This document shows, in pieces, positions 42,251 to 54,539 of a DNA stretch of 64,000 nucleotides. The position numbers and the translations under genes were made by a program. This stretch comes from Callorhinchus milii. Lineage: Eukaryota. Each line of letters opens with the position of its first letter. The stretch's first letter is position 1. The notes beneath the pieces are model-generated. The model was not told the DNA's origin. It did no database searches and saw only the letters and a program-made list of their open reading frames with translations. The stretch is from the NCBI RefSeq assembly GCF_018977255.1, contig NW_024704761.1, positions 5,394,001 through 5,458,000 on the forward strand, written 5' to 3'.

Positions 42251-45200
42251 AAGGCAGTGAATGGTCGTACATCTGCCCAAGTCCTGTTCAAGAGTTTATA
42301 TTCTATGCAGGTTTGACATAACTCATACATTATCTAAGTCATATTAAATGTATGGTCCCACCTGATACAACTTGCGAGGTTTACTGTATAAAGTAATGCA
42401 TGAATGCTTTGGAGGTTTGTAAATCTTTTTTTTATGTTTTAGAAGCAGGATGAAAGGTCCTTGTATGGATGACTTCATTCGAATGCGATCAGGTAAACTT
42501 TTCTGCAAATAAACATTTTTATCACACTGCTTTAAGTCTAATCTCACGGAATCCAACCACAACACTAACCCATATTGACATATTTTTACATACTGTACAA
42601 GATGATGCTTTTTGAAATTAAAGTGTATTACCTTTAAAATGTGATTACAGTTTCCCATTAAAATATTAGCTGCAGTGCTAAAATGTACACATGCAAACTG
42701 ATTGAATGAATCAAACATTTACTACAAGAATACAATGTGCATTTTCCCACCTCAGGCACTGGTAGGATCACATTCAACCTTACTGAGCCGGTCTGGAACC
42801 TTGGCGTCTTGTTTGACCCTCAGTTGTCCTTTCTACCTCAAATCTATGCCATGACCTGCTCTGCCTTCGCCCACCTCTGCAACATTGCCCAGCTCCGCCA
42901 CTGGCTCTCCCCTTAGGCTGCCGTAACCTTCATCCACGCATTTATTACATCTACAACAACAAGATTCCATTTATAGAGCGCCTTTCATGTCGGGAGGAGG
43001 TCCCAAGGCTCTGCGTGGGCGGCTGGGCTACATCTAGGCTCAACTATGCCAATTCCCTGCTTATTGGCCTTCCTAATTGTTCCCCCCCACAAGCTCTAGA
43101 TCATCCAGAATTCTGCAACTAGTGTCGTGTTCTGCACTAGGCTCCGTGACCCTAGAACCCCCACCCTCGCTCTGCTCCACTGGTTCCCCATTCAGTCAGA
43201 GGACAGGGTTCAAAATCATCATCCTTGCCTTCAAAGTCCTCCACGGCCTTGCTCCTTCCTATCTCTAACCTGCTAACGCCATATCAACCTGTCCTCTCAG
43301 CAGGCCTTCCGGCCTGTTCCAAGTTCCCCCACCTGGCCTGCCCCACAATTGGTGGTCAGGTCTTCAGTCTTTGTTCCTACCTGTTACATCTCCATCCCAC
43401 AGTCTCAAGACCCTGCTCTTTGGCCGCGTCTTTGGCCACACTCCTATCTTCACCACCCCTCATCCCAACTCCCTTGCTAGGGTCCAAATCCCTGACTGTC
43501 CAGTGCCTTGGAACATTCTCCCAACGTGAAAGGCACTATACAAATGTAATTTGTTGTTGATGTATTCTTATCGCTTCTTAATCTTGTCTTGCAAGATTAA
43601 GAAGCATAGATAATAATAATCCTTGCATTTGATATAGCGCTTTTCACGTCGGGAGGACGTCCCAAAGCGCTTCACAGAACACACTGTAAAGTGAATTGAC
43701 TATATTTGTGGGCGAACGCGGCAGCCAATTGCGCACAGCAATGTCCACAAACAGTCGTAGATTGAAAATTACCAATTTGTTATTGTTTTGTTTTGGAGGG
43801 ATTATTATTAGGCTGTGTGTGGAGTAAGGAAACTTGTCCAACGTTTCGCCCTCTGCCTGGAATTGAACTCGGGTCTCTCACTTGCAAAGCGAGTGCCCTA
43901 ACCACTGAGCTACAGGACTCCACAATAGCATATACAGCATAGATATATTTAAGGGAAAGCTAGATAGGTACGTGAAGGAGAAAGGAATAGAACGTCATAC
44001 TTGAAGGCTTAGTTGAGGAAAGGCAGGAGCAGGCTCATGTGGAGCATAAACAGTTGGACCGAACGGCCTGTTTCTGTGCTGTAAATTCTAATGTATTCTA
44101 ATGTCTCTAGGTGAAAATATTCTGCAAGAAACAAGCAACTTTGTAAAAGAATACAGAGGGATGGAGATGCCTTTCAAAGTGACATTTCATTCAAAGCCAC
44201 GTGATGTGGTTCTTGAAATTGGCGACCTGGAAAATACTGCTTATGCTGGGAGAAAGCATATGCTTGACTCTTGGAAACATCTGTACCTGGACAAATCCAC
44301 AGAGCTAGAGGTGTTGGGTGTCCTAAATGGATTGCCTTGCCTAGCACCTTGGCTCCAGTTTATTATCCTTGTTGCAGAAGATGGTGTTGTGTATGCTCAT
44401 GAAAATGAAGTACTACACAAAATTGCTGAAAATGCAATTCAGCTATTTGAAGGGAAAGGTGTGATTCCCGGCAAGAAAGTCTACAGATACGGCAAAGGAT
44501 TTATGCCAACGGTAAACATTTAAAAATTATATCCTCTTATTTTGATGCAATGTAGAATTTAATCAAGAATAAAATAAAACTGAGTAGAACACATTCAATA
44601 TGAAATAAAAACGAAGAAAACTGGAGTAGAAGAAATAGAGAAGGGTGATCCAACTGGCGGCCTCCGTCCATTTCTCAAATACGGCATCCAGCCCTCGGCA
44701 GCCAAAAGGTTGGACCATTCTGTTTTAGTTAATGAAGGGAAATAGCAAGGTAATTTTAAAAATCAAGTATTGAATATAATCCTATGAAGTCGTGGAACTT
44801 TGAAAGAACAAAGGAAATGGGCTAATATGAATGTGGCTTCGGAGGAAGAGTTACTCAAGACTTGCCAAAAGCAAATGAAATGTGAATGTTTTATATTCAA
44901 AGTACTTTTCTACCTAAATAGTGTTTTTTTTAAACAATACCAGAAATTCTTCAGGTTATAGACTGCAGATTCTAGGTCTGCATGTTGCTCTGCTTATCTG
45001 ATTCGGTGATACCTCTGACTGGGGGGAGTTGCCTGCCTTGCAGAGTACTTATGCTTATTTTAATTATTTCATTTCAAGCAACTTGTCCAGAGCTACTTGA
45101 TTCGGTATGATTGACTTTGCTTGTTTTTATTTGCAGACTACTGAAGAGAACCTACGTATGGTGAAAGGTATTCAATTGAATAAAAGTATCTTAAAGTCAC

Positions 45201-45253
45201 AAATTACGCAGACAGCAAAGCAGATAAATTCAGGATGTTGCTTGACCTTCTGA
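41673..45253 (+). CDS. SUKH-superfamily / US22-like domain protein, about 197 aa
   Basis: Exons 41673-41698, 42443-42492, 44111-44511 and 45137-45253 splice in frame (phases 2,1,0) with GT-AG sites. The main exon reads FVKEYRG...LEVLG...FIILVAEDGVVYAHENEVLHKIAENAIQLFEG, the pattern typical of US22/SUKH domains (helix-F..ey.G, then lG, hydrophobic strand-dG.Vy, l..iA.s..elf). The two small upstream exons and the frame of the last exon are less certain. AATAAA at 45919-45924. Confidence 0.78.
42750..43560 (+). mobile_element. L2 LINE ORF2 3' region, degenerate
   Basis: Contains [13 protein letters not shown] and FKIIILAFKVLHGLAPSYL. Confidence 0.75.
43610..43920 (-). mobile_element. tRNA-derived SINE, full length (intron of the SUKH gene)
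   Basis: Reverse complement of the 1891-2195 element at high similarity. Confidence 0.85.
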
Positions 45254-46319
45254 ATTGAGCGGAGCTGCAGAAATTAATGCTTCATTAATCATTTCTACTC
45301 TATGGTAAAGTTCATCGAGGTGGCGATCTTTCTTGCCTCCTTCAAGGAAGGCAAACTTCTGAATGATGAGACGATTGTCTTTTCCAAAATGAAAGGCTAA
45401 TCTCAATGGAACTATTCAGACGATGGATAACAATACTGGAAACCAGCCAGCTTAAGAAATAAATTCATGAAATAGGAGTAGGACTTTTCAATACACTTTA
45501 AAAAAAGCTCTTATATTTTTTTATTGAATATATATAACCAATCAAGGAATCGATGGGTCATCGCACAACTTGTTACCCTGGAACTCTGCCTCAATCCATT
45601 CCCCTTGTCCCCTCCCTTCCAACTGAAGATCTTTTTGATCGAGCTTACCCTTGCCCTCTCCCCCTGGCTCAGGATAGACTCTGCCGCTACCAAGCTCTCC
45701 GGGATGCTACCCCACGTGAAGGGTACTATAAAATGCAGTGCCTTGGGACATCCTGATGTAAAAGGCGCTATACAAATGTAATTTTGTAGTGTATGTTAAG
45801 TTGTATATTGTGTGAAGCACTTTGATACGGCCTTCTGATTCGGAAGGTTTACATAAAGATAAATTGGTAAATTTTTTAAATAACTCATCTATAAAATGTC
45901 ATTCATTGTACTTCGGAAAATAAACACAATATCTGTCTGTGATTAAAAATGACTACTTCATGCTGCCTTTTCATCAACAAATTACCCAGTATAAAACTTT
46001 AGATACATTTTAGGATTTCAAAATAACTTGCTATTTAAATTAAGATAGTAGATAAAGAAATATTAAAGACTTAAGAAACCACAGATTTATACATGTAAAA
46101 TATGAATTTAATCATATTCTAAATTAGACATTCACATAGTGTTTTGAACAGTCTATGGAACCTTTGCCTAACCTAGCTCACTGATGCAGGATGAGGAGAG
46201 CAAAGCCAGAGGATTCTATGCCACTGATACATTGTGGGTTTTGGGACGTCCTCCCGACGTGAAAGACGCTCTATAAATGTAAATTTTGTTGTTGAGTTGG
46301 TAGCCATAAAGAATGCTTG

Positions 46320-46740
46320 ACGTCCAGAGGAATAGAGTTATCAAGGGATGAGTGAATACAGCTATCAAGAAAGACTAAACAGGTAAGGCTTTTTCACTGG
46401 GAGAGAAGATGATTGCAAGGGGACCAAGTACGGGCATTTAAAATAATGGAATGATTTGATAAAGTGAGCATAGGTTGTTCCTACTTGTTGGTGATTCTAA
46501 AACGGAGGACGGGGTGTAGGGTTTAAAGAGTTTAGGTGGAATCTCTTGACGGAATGGGAGTATGTGAAACTCACTAATCGAAGCTATGTTTGAAGCAGAA
46601 AGCATTAATGCATTTAAGAAGAAACTTGTTGCAAACATAAGAGGAATGAGGAGGGATTGAGGCTCGTATGGAATAAAACAGGACTCTTGGGGCTGAATGG
46701 TATGTTTCAGTGCTGTATGTGTATGTAATTCTAATTCTGT
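46320..46740 (+). mobile_element. Old CR1 LINE remnant
   Basis: Degenerate SYQERLNR and AESINAFKKKL resemble the CR1 ORF2 end and 3' UTR. Confidence 0.55.
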
Positions 46741-46747
46741 ACATTCA

Positions 46748-46862
46748 TATAAAAGGGTTAATCACCCAGCAGTCTGTAACCAATAAAAGCTCACTGACAT
46801 GATCAGGAAGAAGATGACAAAGTTTCGTTTTCACAAAAAAGGGCTGGGCAACCAGAGTAAGT
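46748..46862 (+). promoter_or_regulatory. TATA box plus ISRE-like element at the presumptive first exon of deaminase-like gene B
   Basis: TATAAAAG at 46748-46755; AGTTTCGTTTTCAC at 46821-46834 matches the ISRE consensus AGTTTCNNTTTCNC; donor agaGTAAGT at 46857. Confidence 0.5.
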
Positions 46863-48134
46863 CAAATTGTTTGGTCTTTGATAGTTTTATGAGCTAAATG
46901 TGTGATTTCTTGTATGTTATTTTGTGTTTGTGTGTATTTTTGTTAGCAAATTTACTGCCATGTGTTTATGGAATATTTGAAAAGCTTAAAGCGAATGAAA
47001 CTGTTCCTTTTGAAATCATTGAATGTTGTATGAAAGGCGGCCGTTTGTGTGTGGAGACTCTTTTTGAATGGAAAATTATAAGATTTGTCTAATGATTAAT
47101 TTGTAATGTTGCTTACTCTCTCTGTCTCTCTCTTCAAGAACACACCCTAATCACTTACTTCTGGATAGTATTAGACGCAGGTAGGTGATCATTCGCTAAC
47201 CAAAAAAAATAAAAATTGATCATTTTCAATCTATGACTGTTTGTGGGACGTTGCTATGCGCAAATGGCTGCCACGTTCGCCCACAGACATACAGTCAATT
47301 CACTTTACAGTGTGTTCTGTGAAGGGCTTTGGGACGTCCCCCCGACGTGAAAAGCGCTATATCAAATGCAAGGATTATTAAGCAACACATCCTCTTTATT
47401 TCCTGACAGTATCTACATTCTGTAGTCCAGTTCGAGGCTTTTTAATTTTGAATCTATGTCTTCTAGATTCGTTCCACTGTCTTAAATCAAATAACCAGCT
47501 TTTTATCTCCCTCATGATTTTGATTTTGACATTGATTCTTGTAATTTTGAAATTGTGCATCATGAAGCCCCCTCAGCTTTTAAATTTTTTCTAATAAATA
47601 TAAACTCAGCTCTGTGGACTTCTTCACATAAGATTGATCTTGAAATCGCAGATTTTTCTCTGAGCCTTCCCAACCCTCCAAAGTCTTTTTAAAGAGTTGG
47701 TGTATTCTAAATCATTGCATTAAATAGTAAATTATTCCATATTTGATGTACAGTCAAACTTGAAGTCCAATCCATTTTCTGGATGCATAGAGCGCTGAGA
47801 TTTGGTGCTAGGATTTTAGGAGCCCTGACAGATACAAAGATAAGACGTTTTATCAACTACTATGCATCTTGGTGCTATGATATTGCTTTTCATCCAGAAT
47901 AAGATCCGGAGGTTCATACTGTACACGCCAATTCTACAAAAAAATTAGATTCAAGTAGACTACTGCAGAGCTCCGTTCCTATAATTTGGTTCCTATAAAT
48001 ATTATTAGTGTTTGGGGGGGGGGGGGAGGGATTATTAGAACACAATTGTTGTACTTGATTCAAAGAGCTATTCTTACTGTGCTTTTCCTTTCAGTTTTCA
48101 ATAATATTTCTTCGTCAATCACTGCCAAAACGAA

Positions 48135-51100
48135 ATGGGAACTGTACGTATGAAAATAAGCCACAAATATTAATTCAGTTACAAAGTAATGTAACAATAT
48201 TTCCTCCAAGTGTGTTTATTTTTTGTTGGAAGTACATTGTAGGTTGCAGATTAGTAGCTGGGAACATGAATTGACGTGTACTGTGTATATATACTCTATC
48301 GTTATTCAACATTTTAAGCACTAAGTTTGCTATAATCATTGCATTCACTATTATCCCATTCTTTCCAGAGGTCTGCTATTGAGGTTATTGGCAGGTAAAC
48401 CCAGTTTTCATTATTTTTAAAATTCTTTTCAGTTGACGGATGTTTTAAATGCATTTCCAGGAAGATTTTTGACTTTGCAAAATGTTAATTCTCAAAACTT
48501 GCACTTACATAGCACCCTCCATGCAAGGTTGCGTCTCAGAGCGCTTAACTGTTGCAAGCCTGACTCCGAGCCAGGGTGGGTGAGGGTTTTAAAGAAAAAC
48601 TAAATATAAAGAGTGAAGTCAGCCCCCTTGCTACATCATTTGCTCTTTCCTTAAGAAGAAAACTTTAATAGAAGAATGCAACTTTTGCATTTTATGTTAA
48701 CCTCTAGCCAATCTGTCCTTTTTGTCACCATTTAGCTTTTCTGTATTATTCTGTATTTTGACTGTGCTTCATTTCTGACCTTCCCAAAATCAGCCTGAAA
48801 ATCATATGGTCTGAAATAAGATTATTCCTCATCAATTTTTCAATTCCCAGGCATAACAAGACATTAGGCAAGTTTCCTTAATCCGCACGCCTGTTTACCA
48901 AGCAGTAAATAGGAACCCAGTTGTTAGTCGATTGGCAGATCGCTTTTCCAGGGGTTATAATCCCATCAAAATTAAAAATAATAATAATTTAGACACTCAA
49001 TCCCCAGCTGTTTGTGGGATACTGTTGTGCACAATTGGTTGCCGCGTTTTGCCAACAAAATATATTTGATATTCCTAGGCATAGCGAATCGTTGAGCATG
49101 TTTCCTTACTGTACAAATCTTTGTTTACCTGGGGCTAGATTTCAAACCCATTTCACCTCTCATGCTTAGTCCACATTACAAATATACCAGGATACTTTAT
49201 TTATATTTGTGTATATATATATTTTATATATTATATATAATATATAAGTCCTTTTTATCTTGTTTTATTTAGAAAGAACAGAATTGCACAAAGAGAAGCC
49301 CTAGTTTCCAGTGGTATCGATTTCATCTCAGAATTTTCCTATATATTAAAAATTGTTCCACCTGCAGAGAGAAACAAATACATGGAAAAGGTTGTTTTAT
49401 TTAAGAATGTTTTAATACTGTATATATGTTACAGAAACAATTTAAGTAAATGTTTTAATTCCAAAACTTAAATCCGAATGATCTAATTGTGGTTTTGAAT
49501 TTTACTGGAATTTAGACATCCTTCAGACAATGTATGGTATTGTAACCTGGTACAGCAGTTGATCGATACAGTTTGATTTTCCGAACATAATGATTAGCAT
49601 CACAACAGATCATTTAACAAAAGTTTTCTCCCTGCAAAGAGATTATTGAAAGCAGCATCTTCTTTTAGATGATAGATACCTATTAGTACTTTCTTCATAT
49701 CTAGTGTTTTCACCTCACTTAGACAATATTGTTAAGCAGTTGTGTTATCTTGGGGGGTTATTCCTTTGTACTGATGTGTTTGATCAACTCAGACACTCCA
49801 TGCAATGTTTTTTTCCTAATCAATACGCATCATTGTCATATAGATAATTCCAATAGCGTACTCTCCCAAGTCATATTTTCCATGTTCACAGGTGCTGCAC
49901 TCAATCTTCTTTTTTGGAGGCATTAATGTGCTTCCAGTAAAACCAGAGGAATTTCTTCCAAGTGAAATGGTTACAGCTTTCAAGAAGAACTATCCCAAAC
50001 CCTTCCAGGAATACAATACCCACCTTCCAACGCAAACCCCATATTCCATTGTACTTGAAATGGTGAGTCCAACAGCATTTAACAATAACAGTAACTTATT
50101 TAATTGAACCAACTATTTTATGTTGGTTGACTGACTCCGGCCTCCTGCTTGCCCTCAAACCCTCCACCCTGCCATCGGGAGTCAGGCTTTCAGCCACTAC
50201 ACCCAACACTCTGGAACAGTCCCTCAACCCCTCCGCCTTGCCCCCTCTCACCCTTTTCAAGTTAAGCCTGAAAACCTTCTTATTTGACTATGCTTACGGC
50301 CCCGGCTCGGAGTCAGGCTCCGCCACTGTTAAGCGCTCTTGAGATGCTACCCTGCATGGAGGGCGCTATGTAAGTGCGATTTTTGTTGTAAGTTTAAAGA
50401 CCAATTCTGTTTTCTGGTGTTAATCAGTTAAAAACTGAAATGAAACCATCTTGAGTACCAACCAGGTGTTTTGAGGAAAAAAAAGTTATATTGTCAGAGC
50501 AAACGATTTCAATGCTGGGGAATGAAAAATGTTTTCCAATTTTGTCATCCCAAACCACTCGAGGTCAGGTATAGCCCACAAAATATACAGTCAATTCACT
50601 TTATAGTATATTCTGTGAGATGACTTGATAAGGTGCTGTATCAAGTGCAAGGATTATTATTTTATTATAATTGTAGAGTGACGCTTCATTTATTTTGCCC
50701 AAACAATGTACCTTATTGTTAACTTCAGAATATAAATGTTATCTTTTTACACCGTGCCATGGCTTGTTTTGCCTTCCCAACCACTGCCTCTTCCCTCAGG
50801 CCACTGAGATTCTCATCCACACATTCATGTCTAGGTTTGACTAGGCTAACTCCCTGCTTCTCAACTCTTCCCTTCACAAGCTGCAGATCATTCAAAACTC
50901 AGCAGCTCGTGTCCTCTGCTGCAACAAGTTTTGTGACTATTACCCCCCATCCCATTTTATTTTTGAAAAGCACAATTTCTGGTTCGAGTCGGCTCCTGAC
51001 TCAAAGGATCTGAGCCACCAGCAATGGGAAACATTAAAAACATTTCTCTAATTGTATATTCTCTGTACTAGGTTGAGAAATACAGTGGAAGTATCGATGT

Positions 51101-51716
51101 TTTGGAAAGACTGAGAACATGGAACAATAGAGTGAACGGAAAGATTATAAATAATTTTGTTTCAACTGTTGTCTCCTATTGTTGGCCTCAAGGTGGACGG
51201 TGTTATTATGGAGCTTCTTTGTCATGTTTTGGCTTAATGGAAGCAAAAACTATGATTGCCATTTCATGTTTCAAGACATGGCACCCGGCTATAGGATGGG
51301 TTGTGAGCACTTGTCAGCGCCAAAAAGCTAACTTAAAATTTTCTCCAGGTGTACACTCAACCGCTGTTAGAATGAAATTTAGGTCAACAGCAAACGACAA
51401 ATTGCTACCACCATGCTTCAAGTGTCACAGCATGTTTCAAAACGTGGTGTATGAGCCAAAATATTCTTCGGACGACACGGAGGACCAAAATGAACCACCA
51501 TGGAGCCATGGTAATTGTGCTGAAAGTGAATCATTCAGTAAACTTCTAAATGCTGATTCGACCGTCTCTTCCGACACGAAGGCTCACATCGGAGGAACCT
51601 TGCAGGCCATAGAAAACATAACGCTGGAAACTGACCCACTTGAAAAACAAATTCGGAACATAGGAGCCAGACAATTTAAATTGCCTAGAAATAGTTCCCT
51701 TAAATTTTTTTCCTGA
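48135..51716 (+). CDS. Uncharacterised deaminase-like protein B (PPCFKC...WSHGNCAESES), paralogue of the gene at 33-37 kb, about 322 aa
   Basis: Well-supported exons: 49273-49390, 49892-50062 (171 nt, same length and phase as in paralogue A) and 51072-51716. Tentative upstream coding exons 48135-48143 (MGT) and 48369-48394 restore frame. A longer in-frame N-terminus via 46799-46856, 47139-47180 and 48095-48147 is also possible. AATAAA at 52042-52047. Confidence 0.8.
50128..50390 (+). mobile_element. L2 LINE 3' fragment (intron of deaminase-like gene B)
   Basis: SGLLL...FKLSLKTFLFD followed by the shared L2 3' UTR. Confidence 0.7.
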
Positions 51717-54539
51717 TTCTGTAGAGTAAAACTATCAAAGAGTACATTCAATCATGATTTAGAAAACAGAAAAGTTTTTAAAAAATTAATCATGGTAAAT
51801 CTCAAATCAACCTGAATCGAATACCATATAGATATGAGACAGATATGTTTCTTATTACAAAAGGGATTATGAGGATAAGGCAGGGTTAGGTTATCATCTG
51901 AAGTTAGATTAGAAGATCAGCCATGATTGAATGACGGGGCAGGCTCGAATGGCCTACTCCTGCATGTTATGTTATATTCTTTGCATTGTATAACAGTAGT
52001 TTCCTTTTTACGTATTTATTGAATGTATCTGAAAAATAACCAATAAAGAACTCAATGTGTCATCACACAAACTTACAATGGCCTCCTAACTCAAAGGTTT
52101 ATACAGAGTTAAATTGGTATTGTAACTTTTTTTAAAATGAACTCTCAAATCTGAAAGATTTCATTGTGTGTACTTTAAAAAAGAAATGACTACTTCATGC
52201 TATCTTTTCATTGACATATTACACAGTACAAAACTTGAAATACATTGTAGGATTTCAAAATAATTTACTATTTAAAAAGTAAAAATAGTAGATAAAAAAA
52301 TTAGACTTAAGAAACCACAAATTTATACAGGTACAAAGAATTTATATATTCTAAATTAGACATCAGATAAATTAGGCAGATTCACTGAATGAGTAATTAA
52401 TGATATTATTATAATTACTCAAGACGTACAATTCTGTTGATGAGAGAAGCAGGAATGTCAAGATGAATTGTCCTAAGCCATCAATTGTTTGATGCAAACT
52501 CCTTGAAGGACTCATCTTTGTATTCTGTTAAAGGTGTTTTTCAATTTTATTGAAAGATTTTAAAACAGAATATTTGTAGTTACAGATACATTTCCAATTT
52601 TACAAAGACAAATGCTGAACAATATAGGTCTCATAAAAAGACAGCATACAAAACAAAATCTGATGTTCAATTTTTCCACTTCATTGAGAGATTGATTTCA
52701 TGGAAAAAGAACAAGTTATATAAATATGAATGTTTTGCTTGCTTGTACACTACTACTAACATTAAGTGGTGTACAAAGATGCCTTTTTGAATTTGTTTTA
52801 TCTATAACGCTTCTAATATCCTAATAAAGTTTAGGCTTTGGAATCATTTTAAAACCCATCACACGATCAGGAAGCTAGTGCAATTACTGCAGGAAGTGAC
52901 ATTTTTAAAAAAGTATGAAAAGTCACAACTTTTACAAATTATATTGAATGCGCTTTTATACAACTATCCAGTCAAAAATTAGCGGCGTTCTGTCTGCACC
53001 ATTAACACCATGGTGTCTGTTTTCTAAGTGAAATTAAAAACGATTGACAGCCAACACATTTTTCTCAAATAAAAAATAGAGATATATCAGGAAATGGGTG
53101 AGCAAGCAGCAGCTAAGTTCTAGGAATTATGACAAGAAAAATAACCCCAAATTAGTTAAATAATCCTTGCATTTGATGTAGCGCCTTATCACGTCAAGAC
53201 ATCTCAAAGCGCTTCACAGAATATACTGTAAAGTGAACCGCCGAAACATGGTTTGTGGGCGAAATGCGGCAGCACAGCAGTGTCCCACAAACAGTCGTGG
53301 ATCGAGTGAACAATTTATTATTGAACAGTTTTATCCCTTTTAAGATAAAACCAGTGTTTCAGCTTGTTGATATAATAAGCACTGAACCATTTAGTGGTGG
53401 GACTTTAGGTCACTGCTGTTATTCCAAGAAATGAAGATTCTGATCTTGGCAGGAAGTCTTTCTGGAGGGAACAACATTTTGCTTTTCCTCAAAACAAGCC
53501 TCACGAATCTTCAAAGGTCAAGCATCGGCAAAGGTCCGACAATGGGTTAAGCCTAAACAGATAAATATATATAAATATATATTAAATTGTGTAGTCAAGA
53601 TGGAGATGTTGCAGCTAAAAGGGGGAACAATTTTAACAGATCAAAAAGCATTAGAGGATGCTTCAAGGTACAGTGTGAAATAATGAACTAGAGTGTTTGA
53701 AGAAACACACACCCTAATTAGAAGCTGGTGAGTTTGACATCATTGCAGCTTCACAGGAAGTTGCAAATTAATGCTGAAATGAATTGTCTAACTCGGAGGT
53801 GAAATGTTTTGGTCAAACACAGCTGACATACAACAATGCAACTAACCTGAGATTTACCTTGATGCAAAGCCGTTGCAAGATCATGATCTAGAATTACTCA
53901 AACGCTGTGATCTGTTTCCTCTGACATCGTAATCTTGGTTTTCTTGCAGGCTGTGTTTTTTTTGGTATTTTCTGTTCACCTATAGTGCCAACAGAGAACC
54001 TGTAGATTAAAAGCAGCATAATTAAAATTTAGATCTACTTTAAATAAGAGTAAATATTATTTACTGAACATGTTAAAAAACAAAAACATGCCACACAGAT
54101 CATTTTTTGGACAAGGAATATGTAGATAGATATTTTGTGATGTTTGTTATTGATATCATTTCATTTTTACCTCTTAGCTAAAATGTTTTTATCCCTCCAA
54201 CTAAAAACATGTGGATCACACCAAGCGGGCGGTTGAATTGAGGACTGAACCCACAACTACGACGACAATAAGCGGAGAGTTACCTGCAAAATCCAATACT
54301 AAGATAATGATGTTATTTAGTGAACTGATTCTTCTGGACTATTCCATTATGTACTATATATTCACAACAATTTGACAATGAGGTGCTTTAGTCATGAAGT
54401 GAGGTCCAGCGCTGTTTGAGCCAACTGGAGACAAACTTACCTTTGATTTATTGATAAAGTCACTATCTTATGTAAGATTGAGTCATACAGACAAGAAACA
54501 TACACGGGTTAAATAAATAAATAGAAATGAAAGGCATAC

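Noticed and set aside
44101-44523. Treating the 140-aa ORF as a single-exon viral insertion
   Set aside because: It has an acceptor at 44110 and a donor at 44512, with in-frame flanking exons and no other viral genes nearby.
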